DNA of 64,000 nucleotides from Strigamia acuminata (lineage: Eukaryota): NCBI GenBank assembly GCA_949358305.1, contig OX442314.1, forward strand, positions 32,612,001 to 32,676,000. Reading direction: 5' to 3'. This document shows positions 49,906 to 63,269 of the stretch, one piece after another; the first letter of the stretch is position 1, and every line of letters begins with the position of its first letter. The translations under genes were made by a program, and so were the position numbers. The notes below the pieces were generated by a model, which saw only the letters and a list, made by a program, of their open reading frames with translations, had not been told where the DNA came from and did no database searches.

Positions 49906-51077
49906 CACGACGACACAATGCACAATAATAATGAAGGATGCACGAAAAAATCACTAAATTCGGAAATTATTCCGCACAAAACACTTCACTAGAATCAAAT
50001 CACACAGTGCACACTTGTCACCCACCAAAAATGAAGGCGAAAAAACAATTCCACCCGTGGGCAAACCGCTATAAGAGCGGCGATCAAACCTTGACTGGTC
50101 GTTCCCCAACTCTTCCGTCTGACCTCCTAGGGTCGCGGGATCGGTTGGGTGGCCGTGAACAAGCCCAGACAAGAATACAGTGCCACGTGCCCGACTGGAC
50201 GTAGGGTGGCACCGATACTAAGAGGGGACCAAAAACAAAAACTTAAAATTAACAAAGTTTCACGACAAAATGGTAAATACACTTTTGCGTTGTTAAGATG
50301 GGCGGATTGCGGGATCCGATCGTCGCAATCGCTTCCGTCCAGCGTAGAACGTTGTTTAGACGTTATCGGTGCGCGGAAATGGGGCTGACGCGCTACCGCT
50401 CGCACACGTCCGTGCAAAGCGGGGAAAAACGATCCAAAATCGTCGTCGCGCCCGTCCGCGCCTTCGTGTAGCACTCCGGGGTGCAAAACACGGCTTTTCC
50501 GGTCAAATATTGTCGTGTACGCAGACTTATGCGTACAGAGACACTCGAAATTGGTTTCCACCGTCGACGGCGATGAAAATCCAAACAAAAATGGCCGCTG
50601 GTGAGGATTTGTTCTCCACCGGCGATCCACTGCTGATTTCCGATCGTTTTCGGTAATTTTCGCCTGATTCGGGGCGAAAATGCGTCGTATCGACGTTGAT
50701 TCTCGTTGTTTCGGCGAGAATAATCGTCGTCTCGGCAAAAAGCTGGCGTCTAGGCGTGTATCGGCCCGAAAACACGTCGTTGCTACGTCGGCTGCACTGC
50801 CGAATCCAAAATGGCCGCCGAAGAAAATTTGCTTCGTAACGGCGTGGAAAAGTGCTTATTTCGCACTGAAAATAAATATTTCGACACTGCTTACTGTCGT
50901 AATAGTCCGTTGTACTGTCCGCACACACAATCCCGACGATTTGAAAAAGTTGGCGAAGTTATTTCGCACGTCGCCGGCGATTCGTGTCTGCAACGACCTC
51001 GGCCGACGTCCTGCACTCGTTTCGTCTCGAAATGTTCCGGAAAACTCCCAAAAACTGCTGGCCTTATCGTCGCACAG

Positions 51078-51089
51078 CCTCTGCTACCA
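51078..51089 (-). promoter_or_regulatory. PBS, tRNA-iMet
   Basis: TGGTAGCAGAGG, 2 nt from the 5' LTR. Confidence 0.85.
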
Positions 51090-51091
51090 CT

Positions 51092-51569
51092 TGTGGGGTT
51101 ATTCCCGGCAATTCTGCAAACGAAATCAAAAGAAACATCAGTTGAAACGGTGCGCGAAACCGACATGCGTGCGCCATCTTTAATTCGTGAGAATATCAGG
51201 TGATACACGGTTAGAGGCTATTTGCACTCTCTAACAACATAGGATAAATCATTGTCAAGTTTCCAATGATTTGTCCTTTACAATCGCAAGTAAAAAACAC
51301 CGACATTAATAATCGATAAACCAAGGAAAAAGGATAAAACACAAATCGCTTTTTCAAGCAGACGACATCAGGGACGTGTGCTGTAAAGGAGAGAATATTC
51401 AACCGCGGTACATAACAAGCATTGATAAAAATCATTATCGGTTGAACACTGGATCGGGACATTAATTTACAACACACTTGTTACACATACTCGGAAATTG
51501 TGTAACCAATAAATCACGTAACACAGGAACAAATATTTAAGCACTTCAAAATGGGTTTGCAACCCAACA
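51092..51569 (-). repeat. 5' LTR of Copia-MBD #2
   Basis: TG...CA termini, adjacent PBS. Confidence 0.97.
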
Positions 51570-51629
51570 AATCTAACCAGCATACAAATCAGTTGTAGAT
51601 GGGTTTTCCACAGACGAAGACCAATGTTC

Positions 51630-53875
51630 ACTTGCCCGTCTGGATCTTCAGGTCGGTTAGGTACTCGCGAGACCAACGCGTCCAAAATGACAGTAGCACA
51701 CGTTGTTGGTAACGCCACTGTCGAACAAACTCTTTCCGCGTTGGCTCGTGATCTTCCGTCGCTCCAGAATCAGGCAGGTGGGTCAGCATTACGCCAGTTA
51801 GAAAATGTGCGGGTGTGAGCGGTTCGATTTCTTCTGGATTATCGTAGACGTAGGTAATCGGCCTACGATTTATTACGGCTTCGGTTTGCGCCAGAAATGT
51901 TCCCAATTGATAAAAATTCAGGTGCGCGGATCCGATGGCCTTTCGCAAGCACCTTTTCACAGTTTGTACCATCCTCTCCCAAAAGCCGCCCCACCAAGGT
52001 CCATTCTCGACGATAAACCTCCATTCGATTCCTTTTTGGGCCAAATATATCTGGAAGGTTTCGTCTTTCGTATGATTCAATAGTGAGTCCAGCTCCAGGT
52101 GTGCGCGGTGGAAAGTGGTTCCGTTGTCACTGTACATGATTTTCGGAAGCCCTCTGCGACTAATGAATCGTTCGAACGCTCCCAAAAAGTCTGTTGTTGC
52201 CAGTGAGGGTACCAACTCCAAATGAACGGCTCGGATGGTCGCGCATGTGAAAACTGCAATGTAAGATTTAGTTTTTCGTCCTTTTACTATCACCGGTCCT
52301 GCGAAGTCGACTCCGGTGACGGCGAACGGTTGGCATCTGGTTGTCCTGTCGGCTGGGAGGGCGCCTGGCACTTCTCGCATCAGTCGACCATTGATTTTTT
52401 TGCAAATGGTGCATCAATCCAACATCGATTTCAAGGTCCTCCTTGCGGATGGCGTCCAGTAAACCTCTCGAAATTTAGACAGCTTGGCTGTCAACCCGCA
52501 ATGGAGGACCTGTAAATGTGAATGTCGCAAAATTAGATTTGTAAGTTCGTGTTTAGGAGGCAAAATTAAAAGCTGTGTAGCAGTGGGCACAACTCGTGAC
52601 TCATGCAGTCGATTTTGCAATTCGATTAACCCCATTTTGTTCAGGCGTGGATTCAAGTCTCGTAGTTTGGAGTCTCTCTGAACTTGTTTGCCGTCCTTTA
52701 GTCTGTCCATCTCACAGCCATAAATTTCTGCCTGTGCAACTCGAATTAAGTTGAGTCTCGCACGTTTCAGCTCGGCTGCCGTCAATGGGCCTCGACCTCG
52801 GTGGCTGGCGTCCTCTTGTCGTCTCCCTGCGTTATCAGCGAACCTGAAAATCCATGCCAGCGTTCGGATTGCCTTTGAAAGCGATCCAAACCTGGCAAAC
52901 GGAAAAACATTAATTATTGCTGTTTGCACAGCCTCGATGTGGATTTCAGTCGTTTTGTCATCTTCTTTGACTGGCTCTGTCGGCAGGTTTGGCCAATCAC
53001 GACGACTTTCACGTAGCCAGTCTGGTCCTTGCCACCAAAGTTGTTCGATTATCAACGCTTCCGCATCCATTCCTCTCGTCAGGCGATCAGCAGGATTTTC
53101 CACACCCGGCACGTGTCTCCACTCTTCAATTTTTGACTTCTCCCTTATCTCCAGCACTCGATTATGCACAAAGGTTGGCGGTTGTTTGGATGTGTTTTTT
53201 ATCCAATGTAGACAAATCTGCGAGTCTGTCCAAAAAAATATTTCGCCTGGCGTCGCTAATTCTTTGATTTGATCGGCAAGACGAACAGCAATCAGGGCTC
53301 CCATGAGTTCGAGACGTGGCAGAGTAAGCGGCTTAACAGGAGCTACACGACACTTTGATAAAATGAAATTAGTTTCAATCAATTCCCCATTAGAGTTCTG
53401 GATGTATGCCACGGCCCCGTATGCCTTCGGACTCGCGTCGCAGAATATGTGCACTTCGCACTGGTCCAATTCGTCTAATCCCAACCATCGTGGAATTCGA
53501 ATTTTTCTCAGGCTGGGAATTTGGTCGGTTTATTTTTTCCAATCAGTGCGCAACTCGATTTCCAATCCGTCGTCCCATGGCAAATTTCTGAGCCACAGGG
53601 ACTGGAAAAACATGCGCGCTGTCACGGTGAATGGTGTGGCAAATCCTAAGGGGTCGAAAATTTGAGCCGTTATTTTTATTACCTCCCTTTTCGTCGTTTT
53701 TTTGCAAGGTGGACAAGTTTCGTCGACCGTTAGTCCCAATTCGTCTGAGTTTGGGTTCCACTTGATTCCCAACACCTTTGTGTCTTCATCTGACGCCAGC
53801 AGTGTGTCGGAGGGGCATTCCTCGCGAAATTTGGCTCTAAGTTCCGGTGAGTTGGTTTGCCACTTGGCTAGTTCC
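51630..53875 (-). mobile_element. BEL/Pao retrotransposon pol fragment (RT end, RNase H, integrase), frameshifted
   Basis: [88 protein letters not shown]. Confidence 0.92.
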
Positions 53876-55648
53876 TGTCGCATCTCGCATCCATTGAATT
53901 TTGTGTATTTTTCTGTAAAATCCAATTAAGCCAATTAGCAAAATGTACGCGCGAACAATAATGTATCACTGCAGTTTGTTTAAAAAAAAAACAATGATTC
54001 TCAGCACGATGAAAACATATCATTATAAGAAAAAGAATTGATATAACGAACGAAATTAAACGAACGAAACATGTACTAAATTTGTGTCTGAAAAGATACT
54101 AGTGAAATGAAAGTCAAATGCAAATAAATGGTGTTTATTCCATGCATCGAAATCGATTGTAATCGCTTCACGAACACGACACGTTGGCGACGAGCAAAAG
54201 GCAATACGAATTGGATCGAGGATTCGAACTCATGGGCCGTCAAAATGGGCCACGTCGGTTAAGATATGTATCATTGGTGTTGACATTCAGTTTAATATTC
54301 AGAGCTTATACTGTGTTTTGTGTTGCAGCGATCGGAATGACAGACCCGACAAAAACAACGTCGGCGACGACACTAACGCAATCGTCATCTGTATCCACGG
54401 CCGACTTGATAGCGGCGATTTCGTCCTTGGTCAAGGCTCAAACGGACCGACCGCCGCTTCAACTCGGCACGATCCTTCCCTTTACCGGAAAATCCGAGGA
54501 AGCATGGACGCAGTATGTCCATCAATTCAAAGACTTCTGTGTACTCAATCACGTGAAGGACAAAGAGCAAAAACAGCTACTCACGTCCGTAGCAGGGACG
54601 GAAATGTATGGTTTAATAAGAGATCTCATCTACCCAGAAACCATAGAGAAAGCAACACTAGACGATATCATCGTGAAATTAACCGAGCACTACCAGGCGA
54701 TCACCAGGCCCCACGTGCAAAAATTCAAGCTGGCAGCAATCAAGTGCCAGCCAGGCGAGACCATAGCCAAATTTGTGGCTGATCTACGAGCCCAGGCACG
54801 ATTGTGTAAATTCTCGTCGAAAGAGATAAACGACGAGGCCATATTAACTCAATTTATAACTGGCGTGAATAACGATAAATTGCGCCTGCGCCTTCTAGAG
54901 GAGGAGACATTAGATTTGGCTAAGGCTATCAAGCTGGCCTTGGCTGCCGAGGCGGCAGTCCAGGGGCAACTTGTGTACAAGAAGCAGAAAGAGCCGGCAT
55001 TGAATGTGACCCCGCTAGAGTCGGACAAAATACAGCCGTTAGGTTTGGCGGATGTTTACCGAGTGGAAGCTCCTGATCAGCCCTTTAAACCTGGCGGTGC
55101 TGCAAGTCGGCAAGCTACAAATTTTGGACGCGGAAGATCGCGTGCGCAACCATTTACACAGGGCATTGCTCCGTTGCCAATCAAGGTGTTGGCTATAACG
55201 GCAGCACCAAATCCAACAAACGTGCATGAACTCAGGGCTTTCTTGGGCCTCATCACATTTTACGCGATGTTCCTGCTTAACATGGCGACTACCCTGACAC
55301 CGTTGTATAACTTATTGCAAAAGGAGGTGGCGTGGTCGTGGAGCAACGCGCACGACAAGGCGTTTGCGTCGATCAAAAATGAACTTGTTTCGCCCAAGTT
55401 ATTAATGCTTTTCAACCCAAAACACCAAATCACGTTGGCAACGGATGCGTCCTCAGTGGGGGTCGGGGCGGTTTTGGCACACCGAATCGACAGCCGAGAA
55501 CGACCAGTGGCCTACGCGTCCCGGACCATGACCCAAACAGAGCGGAACTACTCCCAGTTAGACAGGGAAGCACTGTCGGTGATCTTTGGCGTAAAAAGAT
55601 TCATTATGTACTTGATGGGCTTCTCATTCGTAATTATAACGGACCACG
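53876..55648 (+). mobile_element. Mag-like Ty3/gypsy element: 5' LTR (53876-54181), PBS, internally deleted gag-RH; 3' part truncated
   Basis: TGTCG...CGACA LTR; TGGCGACGAG (tRNA-Ser GCU type) at 54185; abuts the BEL fragment; cut at the start of duplication copy 2. Confidence 0.8.
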
Positions 55649-55659
55649 GATACGAATAG
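54337..55659 (+). pseudogene. In-frame gag / RT-thumb-RNase H fusion of the deleted Mag-like element
   Basis: WTQYVHQFKDFC..CQPGETIAKFVADLRAQARLCKF joined near 55155 to GIAP..ELRAFLG..TDASSVGVGAVL..ERNYSQLDREAL..ITDH; no protease and no YxDD. Confidence 0.75.
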
Positions 55660-56665
55660 TTTCTGCCAAAATCGATCAAAATATGTTGAGTTATTAAATC
55701 AGAAGTGAGTAGTGGGTGCATGCAAAAACTCTAAAATGCCTCTAAAACTCGTTTTGTGTTTATCAACGGTTATTATCAAAAATTTGTGTGTACAAAAAGC
55801 TAGTGTTTTCCCGGGTTTATTTAAACCAAAAGAACCGTAAAGAAAAAGGGAGTGTTCAGAATTGTTTTATTTCTTCTGCAGATATCAAGAAATTAACTAC
55901 AAAATATCCGATTTTGGAGCGTTTTTATTAGAGTTTAACAATTTCTTCGCCAGATGGCAACAGTGGGCTGCATAAAAGCATGGCGGCGGCGACATCGGCG
56001 TGAGCAACTGGCGAAAACGGTAAATATTGTATCAAAGCAGCTTAAAATGGATCGAACATTTTGTTAAATAGTGATATGAGTTATTATTTCGATAGACCTT
56101 AGCTGCATATCGTACATTTCGTGTCTCTGGTTTATACAACTAGTTAAAATGCTCCAGTTTGAACGTGTGCTGAAGCTGATTACTCGGGTAAGTACAAAAT
56201 TGACCCGAACATCTAGAATTTTCGTATTCTGTGATGTTCGTGTAAAACCGTTTTTTTTAGCAGTGCCGTGGTTATTTCAACTTAAGTACTGACTTGAAAA
56301 ATACTCGTGGGTTATTTTCACCTAATTTAGGTGAAAATAGCCCACGATAACGGAGTAGCTGTTTTCATAATTTAAGGCCATTAATTGGATTGGTTTTGGT
56401 TTGTTATTTCAAATTATTTTAAGTTAAGTAATTCCTTCGCAATGGCATGCATCCCGCAGTCACCTGTGTGGTGACTGATTAATTTAAAAAATAATTGAAG
56501 TAATTTTATCGGAGTTATTAAAAGAGAAAATTGTTAATCACGTTATACAATTATACAATATGAACACATCTTTTTACGTTTTCGTGGACATTGGGCATTT
56601 TTAAGATATTACATCACAAGTGATTTAAAACATTATTTAAACTTTATTAAAAAAAAATCGTTACA

Positions 56666-57700
56666 CTAAAATTGTAGCCACTGATGGCTGAGTGACTTTT
56701 TTGCTGAGGAGCGCTCGTTCGGATTAATCGCCAACATTGGCAGTAAAAAATCCGCAAATTGCTGCGCTTCATCAACATTCCATCCAAATTTCCTCGTCAA
56801 CAGCTGTACTAGGTCGTCACTTTGGATTTTAGGGGATTTTTTTAGTTTTTCTTCATCGGTGAATAAATCCTTTCTATTCTTCGCCCTTAAAACCATCTTG
56901 AGCGGGATATCTCCGAGCAACTTGGCAATCTGGGCCAAATGCTACTCATCCTCTTCGAGGCTTTCGTTGACATGAGACCCAAATAGATACGACCCAGTCG
57001 CCAAATCGAACGCCTTGCAAGCGGCGCTCCAAATGTCGGCACTGGACTCATACCCGACTCCCAGCAACACTTCGGGACTCCGATAGCAACACGTTTGGAT
57101 GAGATCTTCAAAGTGGTGGTTTACGTAACACGCACTTCCAAGATCGGCGATCTTAACAGTTACTTCACTCGGCGGTTTAACTCTCCATCTCGCTAACTTC
57201 CGCGTGTCGTTTTCGCCCACGCAAATATTCTCCGGTGTTATGTCCGTGTGGATCATCTTACATTTCGTGTGCAGGAAGTCCAAGCCTTCGAGCACCTGTC
57301 TCATCATGTTCTTTACGATGGCTATTGGGAAGCCCCTGGGTGCCGACGTAGCGATCAATGTCGACAAACTGTCCCCCAACACCTCGAACACCATGCAAAT
57401 GTGGTCGCCATTAATGCCGGAAATGATAAAATTATCCAGCAATTGAACGATTTTCGTTTTACCTTCATCGTCACAATTTTGAACGCATTCGAGAAGTCGT
57501 ATTTCCTCATTGATGAGTTCGGTCATTCCGAACCCGCACCTGGCTATTTTCAACGCTTTCGAGCGAGTGTCCCGTTTGTCCGAGCACAGCCAGACGGTGG
57601 AATATGATCCCAAACCGAGTTTCCGAATGACGGTGTACCTGGCATGAAATAAGTCGCCGATTTTCACCAGAAGGTAACCACCAATTCCGAAGTCTTCCAT
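56666..57700 (-). pseudogene. Intronless SRPK-family kinase, full-length frame with a nonsense codon
   Basis: GGY..VKIGDLFHARYTVIRKLGLGSYSTVWLC..ALKIA; HTDITPEN; DLG; TAG at 56942-56944 where copy 1 has GAG; TATA-like ATATATAAA at 57792-57800 (minus strand). Confidence 0.9.
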
Positions 57701-60700
57701 TGCTATTGCTACTTACTGTGTTATTAAGTTATCGAGTTTGCTGATTTGGCTCTGATAGTCAGAATATGAGTTCTAGTTTCTAGCTGCTTGGTTTATATAT
57801 GCCTTGATTTCGGGTACGTCGGTCAAACGTATCGTGTGGGCTGTCGACACGTTGGCTTGACGTTCGACATTTACTCACGTTTTTGAGTTGGTGACGGAGC
57901 ATTGCAGAACGTACTAACAACGTTACTTAATAGATTCGTTCTACACAAAACGTGCAGAACGAAAAAAATCGGGATGCCTGGCTTCTCTGCGGGGGTCCTC
58001 GTGACCTTAACTTCACAGTTCGCACATTTCTCCGTATGTTTCTGTTATGTTAAGACATTTTGGTTTATGGTTCTGGAGGATTCTCGTATAACTGAGCTGT
58101 AGTTAAGGTATATGCGTGGAATTAAAAAAAAACAGAAAGATTCCTAAGGTGTGGTTTTCCCTCTGCATTTGTTTGGTTGGGGTGGAAAAATGAGTAGTAA
58201 ACCAATTAAGAGCCAATTACAAGGGCGACAAGCGATAGCAGTCTTTTTATTTTCTTTTTTTCCTGGCACTTTGCGCCAGCTGAGAAATAATATGATCGCC
58301 GGGGATCATTAGGCACCCTAGAGTTGAGTTCACTTTTCAGTTTTTCAAGGGACCATGGATTTAAAACAATTTATAATAGACTTGCACTCTTTTGTTGAAA
58401 AATTACTTTTGCAAGCTCGTTGCAATCCGTGACCCCCTTATTATTCTGTCAACTTGTTTTCAAACACAAATTAGTGATTTTCTGGGGCTCGTGATGTTTA
58501 TTAAACGTTTTCAGGGGTTGTTGAAGAAGCTGTGACCTCGAACTGAAAAGTATTTTAGAATGTAGAACTACAAATCTGGAGCGTTTTTGCCAGAGTTTTT
58601 CTATTTCTTCGCCAGATGGCAATAGTGTGCTGCTTCACAACAACATGGACGCAGCGAAAACAATTGGCTGAAATGGTAAGAATTGTATAACTGGATTAAA
58701 CATTTCTTGAAATGATAAAATATTCTATTGTTTAGATGGACTGAGCTGCGTAGAACACATTTTAAGTTTCACGAGGTGTCAACCAAAGGGGTCATCATAA
58801 GACGAGTTAAAATGCGCCATGTTGAACGTGCGCTGATTTGCTCGGGTAAGTAACAAAATTGACACAAACTCAAACATTAATCATCGCAAATATCAGTCGG
58901 AATGAGATGAACTTTGGCCGTTTTTAATGAACGATGTAAATCAGAGCTGGATTTAAGTATTGCCAGACCGTACGCTTTTGAGTCAAACTCAATTCCATCT
59001 AACATCATCATGTGTTCTTTGCAGGGTTGAGTACCCGTGTGACGATGACGGAATTATTAACAATTACTGGTGCTAAAGTGTGAACTGTGTGTGAGATAAA
59101 GTGAAATAATACCAAATAATGTTTTTCAAAACATGAACAATTTAACACGAATAATTATACAAAACTAAGACCGACAAATGGTCATTAAAACGAGTGAGAT
59201 TAAACTATACAATAAAGTGACTGAATAGCCCTAAAATAATATCAAGTTGGTCCGGTATTTTCTCCTTTGAAATAAGAGATTTGACTTTCTTATTTCGGGC
59301 GTAATTACAGGTGTCGTCTCCAATCGGTCTGATTATCGTCTCGCTCAAATTCCCGTGGTTCTATTTGATGTAATGGAATTAATTAACAAATATTATCTGA
59401 GATATGCGGTTGTCTTTTATTGCATCGTCACAACTTTGGGAGATCATTGGTTTAAATACCTGCTAAGCTTAGCAGATATTTACCAATTGATCAGTTTATA
59501 ATTAGCGAAATAATTATAAAGTAAGTTGGAAAGTGGAAAATGTCACATTTATAAATAATCAACTCATAGCTTGTACTCAAGTATGGTTGAAATTATTTAT
59601 CTTGGGGTTCCTGTTCTGGTTGTTTACAAACTTATAACTTGTTTTCCAGTTATAGCTTGTAACAGAGAATAAACCTCGAGTGCGCGCAACGGATTCATGC
59701 CAAATTTACTAATAAATCTGACCATGAAATGTAGGGATTTGTTTAATTAGATTACTAATAATCTAATTGCCAAATCTGGAAATCTATGAAATAAATATTA
59801 AATTAGTAACTGATGACTTCAATAGCCTATAGCTATCAATTGCCCCTACGTGCAACAAACTGTACTAAATACAGCAAAGTGAACTGAAATTCACCAAAGC
59901 GGCCCTAAGTCCACCAAATTGTCTTACAACAACAAAACCGAAGCGAAGCGAAGCATAGAAAAAGGGCTCAAGTAATATCAGAAATCAGAAAACCAAACAA
60001 GAGCTCTGTATTTCCGGTTGTACGGAAATATATACTCATCTTGAAGAATGAGTTGGCCATTGCTCCAATAGAAACACTGGTCACTCACATTTGTCCAATC
60101 CTAGGAAATAGGAAGTGGTTAACTGAGACATAGTCTTCTACTAAGTCAGCCCAGGAACTGGATAAGGAGGACACATTCGAGTCTCTTTCCTTAACTCGAA
60201 AAGTGGCTCAAACACTCTGTGGGTGGTGAGGGGTGACTTAATCCTTTGGCCAAGTTTGTGTCTAGAATCATAACAGAACTGGTTAAATAGTCACACAAAT
60301 ATATTATATTAATCTAATATAATGTGTGGAGACAGGGGAAATTATATAAAACCTTGATTTTAGATAATTAACACATGAATGATGTACAAATTCGAATTTA
60401 CCGCTAAAAGAATAAATCGCGCTATCTATTGGTGAACTTAGCTTTTAATATGACGTCGTAATCGTCACACCCTCTTCATCGTCATCAATTAAATCTTTGC
60501 AACGTATTGCATGTCTTTCGGAAGTTGTTTCTCTCTTTCTGAGCTCTCCTTTAATTTTTATTTTGATTAAACACTGTTTGAGCGAAATCCTATTGTTGCT
60601 CTTCAACTGGCTGACTGGTCTTTGCCTTTTTCCGGATCACTTTGGCGGCTTCCTTCCTTTTGACCCTCTGCTTTTCAACTCGTTCGCGTTTTCTAAATTA

Positions 60701-61325
60701 AATTGCTACTCATTGTTGATAATTAAACTTTCTGTGAGCAAATAGCTTGATCGATCAAAGATGAAATGATCTGCTAGTTTCAATAAGCCGGAGTTAGTTC
60801 AATTTACGAATTAACCGAGGTCAAAAGTGATCTTTTTTTTCTAGAACTGTTTGCGAGTGATTATGTCGGTAGCAGGAAAACAAGAAATTGATCGGATAAA
60901 TGGAAAACCTGGAATTGATTTGATTTACGGAAAACTCGAAATTTATGTGGTAACAATGACGAAACTGTATATTATTCACTTCCTACAATTAAAACTGAGT
61001 CTTAGTACCTAATAATCTGAAGGAGAAATGATTATGTAGAATAGTTGCCATAAAAAAAACTTTTGGCACCAACAAAGAACAAGGAGTGAAGATTGGGTTG
61101 AGTGAATATTTACAGATTTGAAGAGTGTAAGGCAGTCTGATGAATCAAAAATCAATTTATTCAGCCCATAAAATGTTATTTATCAACGTTAGACCTTTTA
61201 ATTTCAATTTAAAAAGAAATTCCACACATTTTGCGGGCCACAAATTCGGTTGAGTCCGCTAAAATCGGACGTCCGGCTTCTCTGCGCGACTTTTTAGGCG
61301 ATGTCGTTTAGTGTCGTTGGCAGTG

Positions 61326-63068
61326 TGTGACGGTTTATAAGTGCTATTTATTAATAACACGGCCGAATTTTAAGTGTTTTTGGCAAAACCCGCATTTGTC
61401 AATGCTCAAAGTCGCCACTAGATGGCGCGATTACATTTCGGCGGTAAATTCGAAAGGCGAGTTGAGAAACTAGTAAATAAATATAAGAATATATTTATTT
61501 GTATAAAACAACACTTTATTAAGATTAATATAAATATATATTAATGATTATTGTTCACACTAAGTGATTGTAATCTCTAGTTCAGCAGAAATGGAGATTT
61601 GGTAATCCATCGATCAATCGATCGATGTGATTGGTGGATCCATTTCCGGTCCTGGGTATCCAGTTCCGGTTGTGGTGTGAATTAGCATATTGCTCCTCCG
61701 TATCCACTTCCGGTGATACGGGATTGGAGGGATTCGTGGAACCCATGTTCCAATTGGTTGATTGGATTAATCCTTAATCCAGCCAGGTTATATAAACCCA
61801 AACAACCGGCCATTCCGGGGCTCTGTTTGATTATTTCTGTTTGGTATTATTACTTAAGAAATATGATTCGTTGTCCATGAAAAACCACTTGGTTCTTTGC
61901 TGATTTATTCACAAAGAACCGCTGCATGATTCTACAGAATCATGCGACCACCGGCAATTGAAGCCGACGTATTGGATTGTTATGCTGCATACATGTTTCA
62001 ATTTACGGTCTCGCCGAGGAGAACCTGCCTTCTGTGCAATTCAGTATCCTCCGGGCAGGACTGAGTGGTCATTTTCGGTATGAACGCATCTCGTAACTGC
62101 GAGTAAGCACCGGGACTGTTGAGAGTTGGTTCCTTCACCTGATGGTGCCAAAGCAGTCTGTTTCACAGTAACCACGAGTAGCACCAAATGTTTGGCAAGC
62201 TGATTCTCATGGTATTCGGTGCCAAAGCAGTCGTTTTGTTATTAGTACTGCGAAGGACTAAACTGCTGTGCGGAGCCGCGAGCTATCGACTCCTGTGCAC
62301 GTGATACCGTCAATCGCTAGACGAACGACCGTATTGCGGCGCAGGGGACGCTTGATACCGTTCTGCATGGCAAGGCGTTTTCTATCGACGGCAATTGTGT
62401 GTTGCGACGGGAAGTCTAACATTTATCCTTTACATTTACGACAGAACAATATTAACTTGGCAACAAGTTAATTAATCAAGTCAGAAGACTTAAAACACGA
62501 ATACATTGAACTCAATGTAACGAATTAAGTTAACAACAACTTATCGACGAAATATCTAAATCAGGAAATCACAACGATACGAATTAAATATAATTCGTGA
62601 GACGGACTATTGATAAGTAAATGAATACATTTACTTACACCAATATCCAACCTAAAGTTGTGGCGGTGCACATGAGTCAACCGCATCTCTCAGATCTCTC
62701 GATTCATCGACGTGCGATGATTTACACAAGCGAACCAAGGAACCAGTGAAGCCGTATCGGACTCCAGGAGACAGCCATCCGGCTTAGATGACATCTGTAA
62801 AACAGGTCGAGCGATGGGGAAACCGCTCCCGCATCTTCGACACGTAATGATATTGTTTCAGGGCCAATTGGCCAATTTATTGTATAGTTTAATCAGTACG
62901 TTAACTTGCCAAATGTCGGCATTAGTCCTATGTATAATTTAGCTTCGATTCTATTGTTTGCCAACAATAAACTGTCTTGTATTTATCTCGTATTGTATTC
63001 ACTGTTTATTTATTGCGATCTATCCCCGGTACCATTGTTAAATGGGAGTTGTGGTCGTCACCGTCACA
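61326..63068. mobile_element. Long solo LTR (1743 bp)
   Basis: 9-bp terminal inverted repeat TGTGACGGT / ACCGTCACA; TSD AGTG (61322-61325 and 63069-63072); absent from copy 1. Confidence 0.85.
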
Positions 63069-63269
63069 AGTGGTATTCAAAAGTGTGCTTTTCCTTTTTA
63101 TTTGGTTTGGTTGGAAAAATGAGTAGAAGCTACGGCAGTCTTTACTTTTATTTTTTACAGGAAAAATATTTACAAAAACAATCTTGTTTTATTTGTCATA
63201 GTGTGCTTGCAAGTAAAACTTTGCACAGTAAATCAATACAAATAACTTTTGAATGATTAATATTTCAAG

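Larger units (their letters stand above)
44580..51569 (-). mobile_element. Full-length Ty1/copia LTR retrotransposon with MBD (Copia-MBD #2)
   Basis: 478-bp LTRs at 44580-45057 and 51092-51569, TSD AATCT (44575-44579 and 51570-51574), PBS, PPT (AAAGGGGG, 45061-45068) and an intact ORF. Confidence 0.97.

Noticed and set aside
50127..50738. 203-aa ORF in the Copia-MBD #2 leader
   Set aside because: Non-ATG start, no recognisable motif, and GC-rich sequence has few stops
59113..61246. 2.1-kb segment present only in duplication copy 2, possibly old LINE debris
   Set aside because: No TSD, TIR or translatable motif found; could equally be a deletion in copy 1
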